Shown: positions 45,507-55,017, numbered from the stretch's first letter. The stretch is DNA of 64,000 nucleotides from an uncultured Solirubrobacteraceae bacterium (GCA_963740605.1 CAVUFC010000028.1:40330-104329); one strand, 5' to 3'. Notes: generated from the letters alone by a model not told the origin. Numbers and translations: made by a program.

Positions 45507-46088
45507 TTAAGAGGCCGCTGCGGCCGGCTTGTCGCCGGTACCGGTCTTCTGCGGCGCCAGCATCATCGTCATGTTGCGGCCGTCCTGCTGTGGCCGCTGC
45601 TCGATCACCGCGAGGTCGCCGAGGTCCTCCGCGAGCCGGTTGAGAATCATCTCACCGCGCTCGGGGTGGGCCATCTCGCGGCCGCGGAACATGATCGTCA
45701 CCTTGACCTTGTCGCGCCCCTTGAGGAAGCGCTCGACATGGCCCTTCTTGGTGTCGTAGTCGTGCTGGGCGATCTTCGGCCGGAACTTGATCTCGCGGAC
45801 GTTGATCTGCTGCTGATGCTTGCGCGCGGCCTTCTGCTTCTGGTTCTGCTCGTACTTGTACTTCGAGTAGTCCAGGATGCGGCACACGGGCGGCTTGGCA
45901 TCGGGAGCCACCTCGACGAGGTCGAGGTCGCGGTCCTGCGCCTGGCGCAGGGCCTCTTGGGTGCGCATGATCCCCACCTGCTGTCCGTTCTCGTCGATGA
46001 GCCGGACCTCGGGAACGCGGATGCGCTCATTGATCCGGGTGGGGTCGCGCTCAGGCGGCTGCCGGTCGAAACGTCTTGGGACCGGCAC
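45507..46088 (-). CDS. infC: translation initiation factor IF-3 (start codon uncertain)
   Basis: [22 protein letters not shown]..., [16 protein letters not shown]. Confidence 0.9.
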   Translation of the reverse strand: MPVPRRFDRQPPERDPTRINERIRVPEVRLIDENGQQVGIMRTQEALRQAQDRDLDLVEVAPDAKPPVCRILDYSKYKYEQNQKQKAARKHQQQINVREIKFRPKIAQHDYDTKKGHVERFLKGRDKVKVTIMFRGREMAHPERGEMILNRLAEDLGDLAVIEQRPQQDGRNMTMMLAPQKTGTGDKPAAAAS

Positions 46089-46176
46089 TAGTGCTGTTGG
46101 CGGCGCCTCAAGAAGAGCGCGACGCTGAGTTAGAACGCGTATTCAACGTGGCGCAGTATAGCTACGGTTCAAGCGA

Positions 46177-47649
46177 GTGGCGGGCATTCATGATGAGTTG
46201 CAGGCGATCCTCGACGCGACGATGGACGTTGTCGCCGTGTTCGATTCCGAGCGCCGCTTCCAGTTCGTCAACGATGCGGCCTGCCGGTTCTACGGCCGCA
46301 CGCGCGAGCAGCTGCTGCGTTCGCGGCTCGACGATCTGATCGGCACGGAGCGCGCCGAGGCCGACTGGGCAAGCTTTCTTGAGCCCGAGCGCATCGCCCA
46401 GGGCATGCTCGAGCACGTCTGGGACGGCGAGCAGGACGGCGACCGGCGCGTGCTCGAGGTCCGCTCGCAGCCGGAGTTCATCCCCGGCCGCCACCTGTTC
46501 GTGCTGCGTGACATCACCGAGCGCCGCCGGCTCGAGGACCAGCTCCGGCAGGCGCAGAAGATGGAGGCCGTCGGCCAGCTCGCCGGCGGTGTCGCGCACG
46601 ACTTCAACAACCTGCTGACCGTGATCGGCGGGTACAGCGAGCTCGCGCGGCGGCGGATCGGCGCCGGCCCGGGCGGCAACGAGCTGCTCGAGGTCGAGCG
46701 CGCCGCCGAGCGCGCCACCCAGCTCACCCGCCAGCTGCTCGCGTTCTCCCGCCAGCAGGTGCTCGACCCGCATCCGCTCGACCTCGGCGAGGTCGCCGCC
46801 TCGCTGCTGCCGATGCTGCGGCGGCTGATCGGTGAGGACATCGAGATCGCGATGCTCGCGGCGCCCGGCCTTCCCGCGGTGCTCGCCGACCGCTCACAGA
46901 TCGAGCAGGTGGTGCTCAACCTCTCGGTCAACGGCCGCGACGCGATGCCGACCGGCGGCACGCTCACGATCGAGACGCGGCTGGTCGAGGACCGCGTGGC
47001 GCTGATCGTCACCGACACCGGCGTCGGCATGACGTCCGAGACGCTCGAGCACATCTTCGAGCCGTTCTTCACGACCAAGACCGTCGGCAAGGGCACCGGG
47101 CTCGGCCTGGCGACCGTGCACGGGATCGTCAACCAGTCGGGCGGCGAGGTCCTCGTGTACTCCGAGCCGGGGCTCGGCACGAGCTTCAAGGTCTACCTGC
47201 CGGTGTCGGGAGCGGTGCCCGAGCCGCCCGCGCCCGCCACGCCGGACGAGGACGAGTTGCGCGGCGACGAGACCGTCCTCCTGTGCGAGGACGAGGAAGG
47301 CGTGCGGCACCTGATCGAGGCCGTGCTGACCAGCCACGGGTACCGCGTCCTGGCGGCGTCCGGGCCGCTGCAGGCGCTGGAGATCGCAGCCGAGCGCCCG
47401 ATCGACGTGCTCGTCTCCGACGTGATCATGCCCGACCTGTCAGGCCCCGAGCTGGCGCGGCGGATGGAGAGCCTGCGCCCGGGCGTGCGGACGCTGTTCG
47501 TCTCCGGCTACACCGCCGAGACCGTGCGCGGCCGGGGCCGGCTCCCCGAGGACAGTGCCTTCCTCGAGAAGCCGTTCCACCAGCTCACCCTGCTGCGCGC
47601 GATTCGCGCGCTGATCGCTCAACCGCGCTCGCGCAACGAGGCCAGGTAG
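46177..47649 (+). CDS. hybrid sensor histidine kinase / response regulator (PAS-HisKA-HATPase-REC)
   Basis: GGVAHDFNNLLTVI H-box, NLSVNGRDAM, DTGVGM, GTGLGLATV, REC with DVLVSDVIMPDLSG. Confidence 0.88.
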   Translation: MAGIHDELQAILDATMDVVAVFDSERRFQFVNDAACRFYGRTREQLLRSRLDDLIGTERAEADWASFLEPERIAQGMLEHVWDGEQDGDRRVLEVRSQPEFIPGRHLFVLRDITERRRLEDQLRQAQKMEAVGQLAGGVAHDFNNLLTVIGGYSELARRRIGAGPGGNELLEVERAAERATQLTRQLLAFSRQQVLDPHPLDLGEVAASLLPMLRRLIGEDIEIAMLAAPGLPAVLADRSQIEQVVLNLSVNGRDAMPTGGTLTIETRLVEDRVALIVTDTGVGMTSETLEHIFEPFFTTKTVGKGTGLGLATVHGIVNQSGGEVLVYSEPGLGTSFKVYLPVSGAVPEPPAPATPDEDELRGDETVLLCEDEEGVRHLIEAVLTSHGYRVLAASGPLQALEIAAERPIDVLVSDVIMPDLSGPELARRMESLRPGVRTLFVSGYTAETVRGRGRLPEDSAFLEKPFHQLTLLRAIRALIAQPRSRNEAR

Positions 47650-48564
47650 TCGTAGCTGCGCTCGGCGTCGCCGAACGAGCCGCCCGCGGCCTGCGCCGCG
47701 TCGTCGTTCTCCATGACGAAGTGGTGCTTGCTCGTGTCGATGCCGCAGAAGAACGGCTCGTACGGCAGGTCGCCCGCGCCGACGTCGGTCATCGTCCAGC
47801 CCGAGTGCGGGCCGCCGTTGAAGAGCCCGTCCTTGACGTGGAAGAGCGGGTAGCGCTCCGGGTGGTCCCAGACATAGTCGTTGGGCCGGAAGCCCGGGAA
47901 CCGGCTCTGACCGACGTACGCCCAGAAGATGTCCATCTCCAGGAACACGAGCCGCGGGTCCGTCTCCTGGAACAGCACGTCGTCAGCCGCGTGCCGCCCA
48001 CGACCTCGAACTCGCTGTCGTGGTTGTGCTGGTAGAAGCGCAGCCCGCGCTTGCGCGCCGCGGTGGCGAACATGTTGAAGTCCTCGGCGGCCTGCTTGTA
48101 GCCGTCGACGGTCTGGCTGTTGCCCCCGGCCGGGCTCGACGCCGTGCCGACGTACTTCATGCCGATCTCCTCGGCGTCGTCGAGCACCTGCTCGAGATCC
48201 GTGCGGAACGTCCCGTAGCCGACGTGGCTGCCCGCGGCTGAGAGGCGGTACTTGCGCAGCAGCCCGCCAGCTCCTGGTTGCTCCAGCGCCGGCCCTGGGC
48301 GTTGTAGCCCGCGAACTCGACCTCTTTGTAGCCGATCCCCGCGAGCCGCTTGAACACCTCTGCGAACCCGAGCGTGTTCACCTGGTCGCCGACCGTGTAG
48401 AGCTGGATGCCGATCCGGCTCTTCGGCAGCAGCCGGCTCCGCTCGTGATGATGGCGGTGCCGCCCGTGAGCGGACGCCGACCACGGCGTCAGTGCGCTTG
48501 CTGCGGCCGTTCCCGCCGCCGCGCCGATCAAGCCGCGGCGACTCAACGTGGGCTTGTCACCCAT
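47619..48564 (-). pseudogene. Tat-signal sugar phosphate isomerase/epimerase (xylose-isomerase-like TIM barrel) with two frameshifts
   Basis: The protein is readable only by joining three frames: MGDKPTLSRRGLIGAAAG...WSNQELAG | LLRKYRLSAAGSHVGY...EVVGGTRL | DDVLFQETDPRLVFLEMDIFW...LRERG. Breaks lie near 48262 and 47985. Confidence 0.7.
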
Positions 48565-48625
48565 GTTCTCCCTCCCTTCCTCCGCGCGCACACCCCTGCG
48601 GCGCGTAGAAAGGTCAACGGTACAA

Positions 48626-50593
48626 CTAATCGCGCTTCGCGGCCTCCGCGACGAGCCGCTCGACGGCGTCGGCGAGGGCGACGGTACCCTGGTCGCCCTC
48701 GCGGTGGCGGCGCAGCGCGACCGCCCCTTGCTCGGCCTCGCGGTCGCCGACCACCAGCATGTACGGGACCTTCTGCAGCTCGGCCTCGCGGATCTTGCGG
48801 CCGACCGACTCGGTGCGGCCGTCGACCTCGGCTCGCAGCCCGGCCGCGGCGAGTGCGGACTCGACCTCACGCGCGTAGTCGATGTGGCGGTCGGCGAGCG
48901 GGAGCACGGCGGCCTGGACGGGCGCGAGCCAGAGCGGGAACTCGCCGGCGTAGTGCTCGATGAGGATGCCGATGAAGCGCTCGAACGACCCGAACAGCGC
49001 GCGGTGGATCATCACCGGCGTGTGCTCGGCGTTGTCGGCGCCCGTATAGGTGAGGCCGAAGCGCTCGGGCATGTTGTAGTCAAGCTGCACCGTGCCGAGC
49101 TGCCACGAGCGTCCGAGCGAGTCGGTCATGTGCAGGTCGATCTTCGGCGCGTAGAACGCGCCCTCGCCCTCGGCGATCTTGTAGTCGATCCCCTCGGTCT
49201 CCAGCGCCCTCGTCAGCATGCCCTCGGCGCGATCCCAGAACTCATCGCTGCCGAGGCGGTTGTCCGGGCGCGTCGAGAGCTCGGCATGCACGGGGAAGCC
49301 GAACATCCCGTAGATGTCGTAGCCAAAGTTCAGGCAGCGGGCGACCTCGTCCTCGATCTGGTCCTCGGTGCAGAAGATGTGCGCGTCGTCCTGCACGAAG
49401 TGCCGGACGCGCAGCAGGCCGTGCAGCGTGCCGCTCGGCTCGCGGCGGTGCAGGTGGCCGGGCTCGGCGCAGCGGTACGGCAGGTCGCGGTAGGACCAGT
49501 GCTGGAGCGAGAACAGATGGGCATGGCCCGGGCAGTTCATCGGCTTGAGCCCGAACTCACGGTCCTCGTACGGCGCGACGAAGATGTTGTCCTTGTACTT
49601 GCCCCAGTGGCCGGAGGTCTCCCACAGCGAGGACTCGTAGAGCAGCGGCGTCTGCACCTCGACGTAGCCGCGCTCGACCTGCATCCGGCGATTGACGTCG
49701 ACGAGCGCGTTGAAGATCGCCGTGCCGCGCGGCAGCCAGAACACGGAGCCGGGCGAGACCTCGGAGAACGTGAACAGCCCGAGCTCGCGGCCGAGCTTGC
49801 GGTGGTCGCGCGCGCGCGCCTCCTCGAGCCGCTGCAGGTACTGCTCGAGGTCCTCCTTGGAGTGGAAGGCGGTGCCGTAGATGCGGGTCAGCATCTGGCG
49901 GTCCGCGTCGCCGCGCCAGTACGCGCCGGCGACCGACAGCAGCTTGAACGCCTTCACGCGCTTGGTCGAGGGCGTATGGGGGCCGCGGCAGAGATCGGTG
50001 AAGCCGTTGTTGGTGTAGAGGCTGACCGTCTCTACACCCTGGCTGGAGACCAGGTCCTCGATCAGCTCGACCTTGTAGTCCTGCTGCTCGCGGACGAAGC
50101 GCTCGAGCGCGTCGCCAACGGGGATGTCCTCACGCACGAACGGCTCGTCGGCCTGGACGTGCTCGCGCATCTTGGCCTCGAGCGCTTCGAAGTCGCTGTC
50201 GGAGATCGAGACGCCGTCGGGGAACTCGAAGTCGTAGTAGAAGCCGTCCGCGATCGGCGGGCCGATCGAGATCTTGGTACCGGGATAGAGCTCGAGCACG
50301 GCGGCGGCGAGCACGTGGGCCGTGTCGTGGCGGATCAGCTGGACCGAGTCGACGTCGTCGGCCTTCGCGGTGACGATCTCGACGCGATCGCCGTCGTGCA
50401 GCGGCGCCGAGAGGTCGTGCACGCGGCCGGCCTCGTAGGCGCTGCCGTCGCGGGAGTCCGGGCCGTCGCCGTCGACGACGCGGATGGCGAGCGCGGCACG
50501 CGCGAGCCCGGGGCCGATCGCGGCGGCGAGGTCGGCGCCGCTGGCGCCGTCTTCGAGCTCCTTGCTGGAGCCGTCGGGCAGGGTCACGTGCAT
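48626..50593 (-). CDS. thrS: threonine--tRNA ligase
   Basis: TGS N-terminus, HDTAHVLA, class II motifs, 655 aa. Confidence 0.95.
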   Translation of the reverse strand: MHVTLPDGSSKELEDGASGADLAAAIGPGLARAALAIRVVDGDGPDSRDGSAYEAGRVHDLSAPLHDGDRVEIVTAKADDVDSVQLIRHDTAHVLAAAVLELYPGTKISIGPPIADGFYYDFEFPDGVSISDSDFEALEAKMREHVQADEPFVREDIPVGDALERFVREQQDYKVELIEDLVSSQGVETVSLYTNNGFTDLCRGPHTPSTKRVKAFKLLSVAGAYWRGDADRQMLTRIYGTAFHSKEDLEQYLQRLEEARARDHRKLGRELGLFTFSEVSPGSVFWLPRGTAIFNALVDVNRRMQVERGYVEVQTPLLYESSLWETSGHWGKYKDNIFVAPYEDREFGLKPMNCPGHAHLFSLQHWSYRDLPYRCAEPGHLHRREPSGTLHGLLRVRHFVQDDAHIFCTEDQIEDEVARCLNFGYDIYGMFGFPVHAELSTRPDNRLGSDEFWDRAEGMLTRALETEGIDYKIAEGEGAFYAPKIDLHMTDSLGRSWQLGTVQLDYNMPERFGLTYTGADNAEHTPVMIHRALFGSFERFIGILIEHYAGEFPLWLAPVQAAVLPLADRHIDYAREVESALAAAGLRAEVDGRTESVGRKIREAELQKVPYMLVVGDREAEQGAVALRRHREGDQGTVALADAVERLVAEAAKRD

Positions 50594-50656
50594 CGGCGGA
50601 GCATGCTAGATGGTCGATTTCGTGACCTGCGTGCGTAGGTTGCGGAATCGGCCATC

Positions 50657-51868
50657 TCAGTCGCCGGGCATGGTTCGAACCTCTCTGATGCTGAGCGGGG
50701 CGAGGATCGAGGCGAACAGGACGATCGCGGCGATCCACAGCGCCTCGTGGATGCCGATCGCCACCGCGATCGGGCCCCAGATGATCAGGCCCAGGGGCCG
50801 GAACGCGAGCGCGCCGAACCAGTCGTAGGCGCTCACGCGCGACAGCGACTCGGGCGGCACGCGGCGCTGCAGGGTCGACTCCCAGATCGAGCCGCCGAGC
50901 ATCATCCCCGCGCCGGCCAGCAGCGCGCCGAACGCGACGAGCGGCGCCGGCGCTCCTGCGGCGAGCATCGCCAGCGGCGCGGCGAACATCGAGAACGCGA
51001 CGGTGGCGAGCACGAGCGGCCGGCGCGGCCGCACCCGGATGCCGGCGACCGCGCCCGCGAACGCGCCGACGCCCATCGCGCCGAGGATCACGCCCCAGAC
51101 CGCGGCGCCGCCGAGATCGGCCTCGGCCACCACCGGCCCGAGCGAGCTCCACGCGCCCCACAGCACGTTCCCGATCGAGGCGGAGAGCACGATGCTCCAC
51201 ACCCACTTGAGCGAGCGGAACGCGCCCCAGCCGTCCCTGAGGTCCTGGATGAACGAGCTCGCCTCGCGCCGGACGTGTGGCGGGAGCTGCAGCCCGGTCA
51301 GGAGGGCGGCGCTGACGCCGAACGAAGCGGCGTCGATCGCCAGCGCGTAGCCGGCGCCGGCCGCGGCCACCAGCCCGCCCGCGAGCACGGGCCCGGCGAT
51401 CTCCCCGCCCGCGATCGCGGTGGCTCTGAGCCCGTTGGCCTGCTGCAGGCGGTCGGAGCTGACAACGGCGGGCATCATGCCGATCGAGGCGGGCTCGAAG
51501 AAGCCGGTGGCGGCGCCGGTCAGGCCGGACAGCACGGCGATCGCCCAGATCGCCGGCTCGCCGGTGATCAGCAGCAGGGCGAGGATGCCCTGGGTCGCGA
51601 GCCGCGAGAGGTCGGCCGCAACCATCACCGACCGGCGTGGCAGCCGGTCCGCCACGACGCCGCCGATCAGCAGCGAGGCGACGAGCGGCAGCGTGCGCGC
51701 CGCGAGCACGATGCCGATGTCGGATGCGCTGCCGCCGAGGTGGATGACCGCGAAGGCGAGCGCGATGTTGACCATCCGGTCGCCGAGGACGGACACGGCG
51801 TACGCGCCGAACAGCAGCCGGAAGTCCCGCTGCCCCAGTACGGCGAGGCTGTCCGGGAGGCGAGGCAC
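50657..51868 (-). CDS. MFS transporter
   Basis: 12 hydrophobic segments; FRLLFGAYAVSVLGDRM; GGVVADRLPRR loop. Confidence 0.85.
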   Translation of the reverse strand: MPRLPDSLAVLGQRDFRLLFGAYAVSVLGDRMVNIALAFAVIHLGGSASDIGIVLAARTLPLVASLLIGGVVADRLPRRSVMVAADLSRLATQGILALLLITGEPAIWAIAVLSGLTGAATGFFEPASIGMMPAVVSSDRLQQANGLRATAIAGGEIAGPVLAGGLVAAAGAGYALAIDAASFGVSAALLTGLQLPPHVRREASSFIQDLRDGWGAFRSLKWVWSIVLSASIGNVLWGAWSSLGPVVAEADLGGAAVWGVILGAMGVGAFAGAVAGIRVRPRRPLVLATVAFSMFAAPLAMLAAGAPAPLVAFGALLAGAGMMLGGSIWESTLQRRVPPESLSRVSAYDWFGALAFRPLGLIIWGPIAVAIGIHEALWIAAIVLFASILAPLSIREVRTMPGD

Positions 51869-52008
51869 GGCCGGCGCAGGCTATCGTCGCCCCGATCGAC
51901 TCGATCGAACTCCAGGACCATCTCGAGCCGGCGCGGATCGGCCAGCTGGTCGAGCTCTACGGCACCGCCTGGTGGACCGATCAGCGCGAGGCCGCAGGCG
52001 TCGAGCAG

Positions 52009-52305
52009 ATGCTCGCGGGCACCAACCTCGTGCTCGCGCTGATCGACCGCGGCACCAACCGGCTCGTCGGCTTCACGCGCGCGCTCACGGACTGGCGCTA
52101 CCGCGCGTACCTCTACGACGTGATCGTCGCTCCCGACTGCCGCGGCCGCGGGCTCGGCCGCGTGCTGGTCGATGCAGCGCTCGGGCGGCTCGAGGGCGTC
52201 GAGTCGATCGAGCTCAGCTGCCAGCCGGACATGATCCCGTTCTACCGCCGCTGGGGGTTCGAGAACGAGCTCGGCGGGTCGCTGCTCATGCGGCTTCGAC
52301 GCTGA
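52009..52305 (+). CDS. GNAT-family N-acetyltransferase (only the C-terminal two thirds follow a canonical start)
   Basis: VAPDCRGRGLGRVLV motif A. The same frame upstream (from ~51883) encodes IELQDHLEPARIGQLVELYGTAWW, a GNAT-like N-terminus, but has no ATG/GTG/TTG. Confidence 0.6.
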   Translation: MLAGTNLVLALIDRGTNRLVGFTRALTDWRYRAYLYDVIVAPDCRGRGLGRVLVDAALGRLEGVESIELSCQPDMIPFYRRWGFENELGGSLLMRLRR

Positions 52306-52491
52306 GCTTGGGCCAGCGCTCGCGCCAGCGCTTCTCGCTCACGCGCTGCGCGTAGAAGCTCGGTGATTACGCGCTTCGGGTTGTGGCGGCAGACGAGGCC
52401 GAAGAGGTCGTCGAGGCCGTACGGCGCGCAGCGCGGCCATCAGGAGCGGCGACTCGCGCACCAGCGCGCACAGGCGGTCGCTGTCGTGCAT
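52286..52491 (-). pseudogene. collapsed remnant of a nucleotidyltransferase (DUF925/NTP_transf_6-like) gene
   Basis: Three frames give MHDSDRLCALVRESPLLMAALRAVR / PYGLDDLFGLVCRHNPKRVIT / SFYAQRVSEKRWRERWPKLSVEAA*. N- and C-terminal signatures are kept, but the central ~110 aa are missing. Confidence 0.5.
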
Positions 52492-52683
52492 CGGAGAGGT
52501 TTTACCCGTTGCTTACGCAACCAGTTGCTACCCTGCCCGGCCGCGACGGTGGGGTTGCCGCCGCGGGCCATGCGCCGCGCATATCGAGCGCGACGAGCGG
52601 AATTGGCCCGCCGGGTGGACGCCGTCCGAGGATCTTGAAAGCTCCCCGGCCTGCGCGTGTGCAGGCATTTAAGGACGTGAACG

Positions 52684-53214
52684 ATGAGAAAGACGACGAC
52701 AGCGCTTGCGCTGGCGGGCTCGCTGCTTGCCACGCCCATGGCCCTGGCGGCCGCTCCCCCGGCCGCCCCGACCCTGCACCCGCTCCTCGCGGGCCATCGG
52801 ACCCTGGCCGGCCAGATGAGGACCGCCAAGGTCGCCAACCTGCGCGCCGACCTCACCCCTCGCGCGGTGCGGCTCGCCCGCAAGCTCGATATTTCTCCCG
52901 CCGCCGAGCGCCGACGAGCGCGCGGTAAATCGCCCGCGCAGCTCCGCGCCCGCATCCGCAGCCTCGAGCACCGGCTCAACGCCCCGACCGCCTCGCCGAC
53001 GATGCAGGCGATCGCCCAGTGCGAATCCGGCGGCAACCCCGCGACCGACACCGGCAACGGCTTCTACGGCAAGTACCAGTTCACGCTTCAGACGTGGCAG
53101 ACGGTCGGCGGCTCCGGCAACCCCGCCCAGGCCTCCGAGGCCGAGCAGGACCGCCGCGCCGCCTCGCTCTACGCCCAGGCCGGCCCCTCTCCGTGGCCGG
53201 TCTGCGGGCGCTGA
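52684..53214 (+). CDS. Rpf-like (resuscitation-promoting factor) transglycosylase-domain secreted protein
   Basis: Signal peptide; IAQCESGGNPATDTGNGFYGKYQFTLQTW...ASEAEQDRRAASLYAQAGPSPWPVCG. Confidence 0.8.
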   Translation: MRKTTTALALAGSLLATPMALAAAPPAAPTLHPLLAGHRTLAGQMRTAKVANLRADLTPRAVRLARKLDISPAAERRRARGKSPAQLRARIRSLEHRLNAPTASPTMQAIAQCESGGNPATDTGNGFYGKYQFTLQTWQTVGGSGNPAQASEAEQDRRAASLYAQAGPSPWPVCGR

Positions 53215-53244
53215 ACACCTTGCATCGACGGGCGTGCTGAGGTT

Positions 53245-53285
53245 GGTGGCGGATAGACCACCGTATGGGTGGATTATCCGCCACC
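53245..53285 (+). terminator. 41-nt compound hairpin after the rpf-like gene (no U-tract)
   Basis: GGTGGCGGATA-GA-CCACC-GTATG-GGTGG-AT-TATCCGCCACC: 11-bp outer and 5-bp inner stem. Confidence 0.35.
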
Positions 53286-53345
53286 GACCGCACCCCCTCC
53301 CTACCCAGCCGCAGTTGACGTTCGGTCGCTAGCCTCCGGCGCCTC

Positions 53346-54422
53346 ATGGATGCCGCTGCCCTCCGCGCCGAGTTTCCCGTCCTCGCCCACAAGGCATACC
53401 TGAACGCCGGGACCGACGGGCCGGTGCCGAGCGCGGCGGTGCGGGCGGCGAAGGAGGCGCTCGGGTCGCAGGAGGCCGACGGGCGGTTCGTGACGCATTT
53501 CGCGGCGCGCCAGGCCGGCCACACGAAGCTGCGCGAGGCGTATGCGCGGGTGCTCGGCTGTGCGGTCGAGCACGTCGCGCTGAAGACCTCGACGAGCGAA
53601 GGGCTGGGGTCGGTGCTCGCCGGGCTCGACCTCGGGCCCGGGCACGAGATCGTCACCAGCGACACCGAGCACCCGGGACTCCTCGGGCCGCTCGTGGTCG
53701 CGCGCATGCGCGGTGTGAAGGTGCGAGCGGTCCCGCTGAAGGACGTCGCCGACGCGGTGACCGCGACCACGACGCTCGTCGCCTGCTCGCACGTGTCGTG
53801 GGTGAACGGCGAGATCGCGCCGGCCGAGCTCAAAGAGCTCGACATCCCCGTGATCCTCGACGGTGCGCAAGGCGCCGGCGCCATCCCGCTCGACATGGTG
53901 CAGATCGGTTGCGCCGCCTACGCCGCCGCCGGCCAGAAGTGGCTGTGCGGGGCCGACGCGACCGGGATGCTCTACGTCGCCCCGGAGTACCAGGAGCGGA
54001 TCCGGCCGGTCGCGCCCGCGTACCTCGCGTTCGCGGACACGAGCCAGGGCGTGGACTCCCCCCTGCACACCGACGCGCGCCGCTACGACACCGCGTCGGT
54101 CTCGCGCGAGGGCGTCGCGTTCACCGTGGCTGCGATCGAGCTGCTGGAGTCGTACGGGCTCGACGCCGTGCAGAAGCAGGCCGCACAGCTCGCGGAGACG
54201 TTTGCCGAGGCGCTCGCCGCAAGCGGCAGGACGGTCGCGCCCCGCGACGACACGACGCTCGTCGCCTGGGAGGACCCAGACCCCGAGGGCACGCGCGACC
54301 GCCTGACCGAAGCCGGGATCGTCATCCGCAACCTGCCGCGCACGCCGTACCTGCGCGCTTCGGTCGGCGCGTGGAACGACGAGTCGGACCTCGAGCAGCT
54401 GCTCGGCGCCCTCGCCGGTTAA
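53346..54422 (+). CDS. class V aminotransferase-fold PLP enzyme (cysteine desulfurase / selenocysteine lyase-like)
   Basis: FPVLAHKAYLNAGTDGP, SHVSWVNGE, DGAQGAGAIPLD, GQKWLCG. Confidence 0.85.
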   Translation: MDAAALRAEFPVLAHKAYLNAGTDGPVPSAAVRAAKEALGSQEADGRFVTHFAARQAGHTKLREAYARVLGCAVEHVALKTSTSEGLGSVLAGLDLGPGHEIVTSDTEHPGLLGPLVVARMRGVKVRAVPLKDVADAVTATTTLVACSHVSWVNGEIAPAELKELDIPVILDGAQGAGAIPLDMVQIGCAAYAAAGQKWLCGADATGMLYVAPEYQERIRPVAPAYLAFADTSQGVDSPLHTDARRYDTASVSREGVAFTVAAIELLESYGLDAVQKQAAQLAETFAEALAASGRTVAPRDDTTLVAWEDPDPEGTRDRLTEAGIVIRNLPRTPYLRASVGAWNDESDLEQLLGALAG

Positions 54423-54432
54423 GGTCGCGCTC

Positions 54433-55014
54433 GTGCGCCGCGTCTGCGTCTACGCCGGGTCCAATCCAGGGAGCGATCCCGCCTATGCAGACGCCGCCCG
54501 CGCTCTCGCCACGGTGATGGCCGAGCGCCAGATCGGGCTCGTGTTCGGCGGCGGCAAGGTTGGCCTGATGGGGGTGCTCGCGGACACGATCCTCGCCGCC
54601 GGCGGCGAGGCGATCGGGGTGATACCGAAGGGCCTGATCGACCGTGAGATCGGGCACCCGAATCTGACCGAGCTGAAGGTCGTCGGCTCGATGCACGAGC
54701 GCAAGGCGCAAATGGCCGAGCTCGCCGACGGCTTCGTGGCCGTGCCCGGCGGGATCGGGACGCTGGAAGAGCTGATCGAGGTCTACACCTGGAGCCAGCT
54801 CGGCATCCACGACAAGGGCTGCGGCGTGCTCAACACCCGCGGCTATTACGACGGCCTCGCCGCCTTCCTCGACCACGCCGTGCAGGAGGGCTTCCTGCGC
54901 GCGCCGCACCGCGCGGTCCTCACGGTCGCCGAGGACCCCGCCGACTTGCTCGACGCGCTGGCGACCTTTCGGCCGCCGCGCGTCGGCAAGTGGCTGGAGC
55001 TTGATCAGACCTGA
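54433..55014 (+). CDS. LOG-family (TIGR00730) nucleotide 5'-monophosphate nucleosidase
   Basis: VCVYAGS, LVFGGGKVGLMG, PGGIGTLEEL. Confidence 0.88.
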   Translation: MRRVCVYAGSNPGSDPAYADAARALATVMAERQIGLVFGGGKVGLMGVLADTILAAGGEAIGVIPKGLIDREIGHPNLTELKVVGSMHERKAQMAELADGFVAVPGGIGTLEELIEVYTWSQLGIHDKGCGVLNTRGYYDGLAAFLDHAVQEGFLRAPHRAVLTVAEDPADLLDALATFRPPRVGKWLELDQT

Positions 55015-55017
55015 CGC

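Noticed and set aside
46086-46088. Unusual infC start codon (the AUU-type autoregulatory start known in other bacteria).
   Set aside because: The ORF can start at GTG 46088, and an in-frame ATC precedes the conserved INERIRV. Sequence alone cannot decide which is used.
50594-50656. T-box or other leader upstream of thrS.
   Set aside because: Only 63 nt are available between the MFS stop and the thrS start, too short for a T-box. No specifier or T-box sequence is seen.
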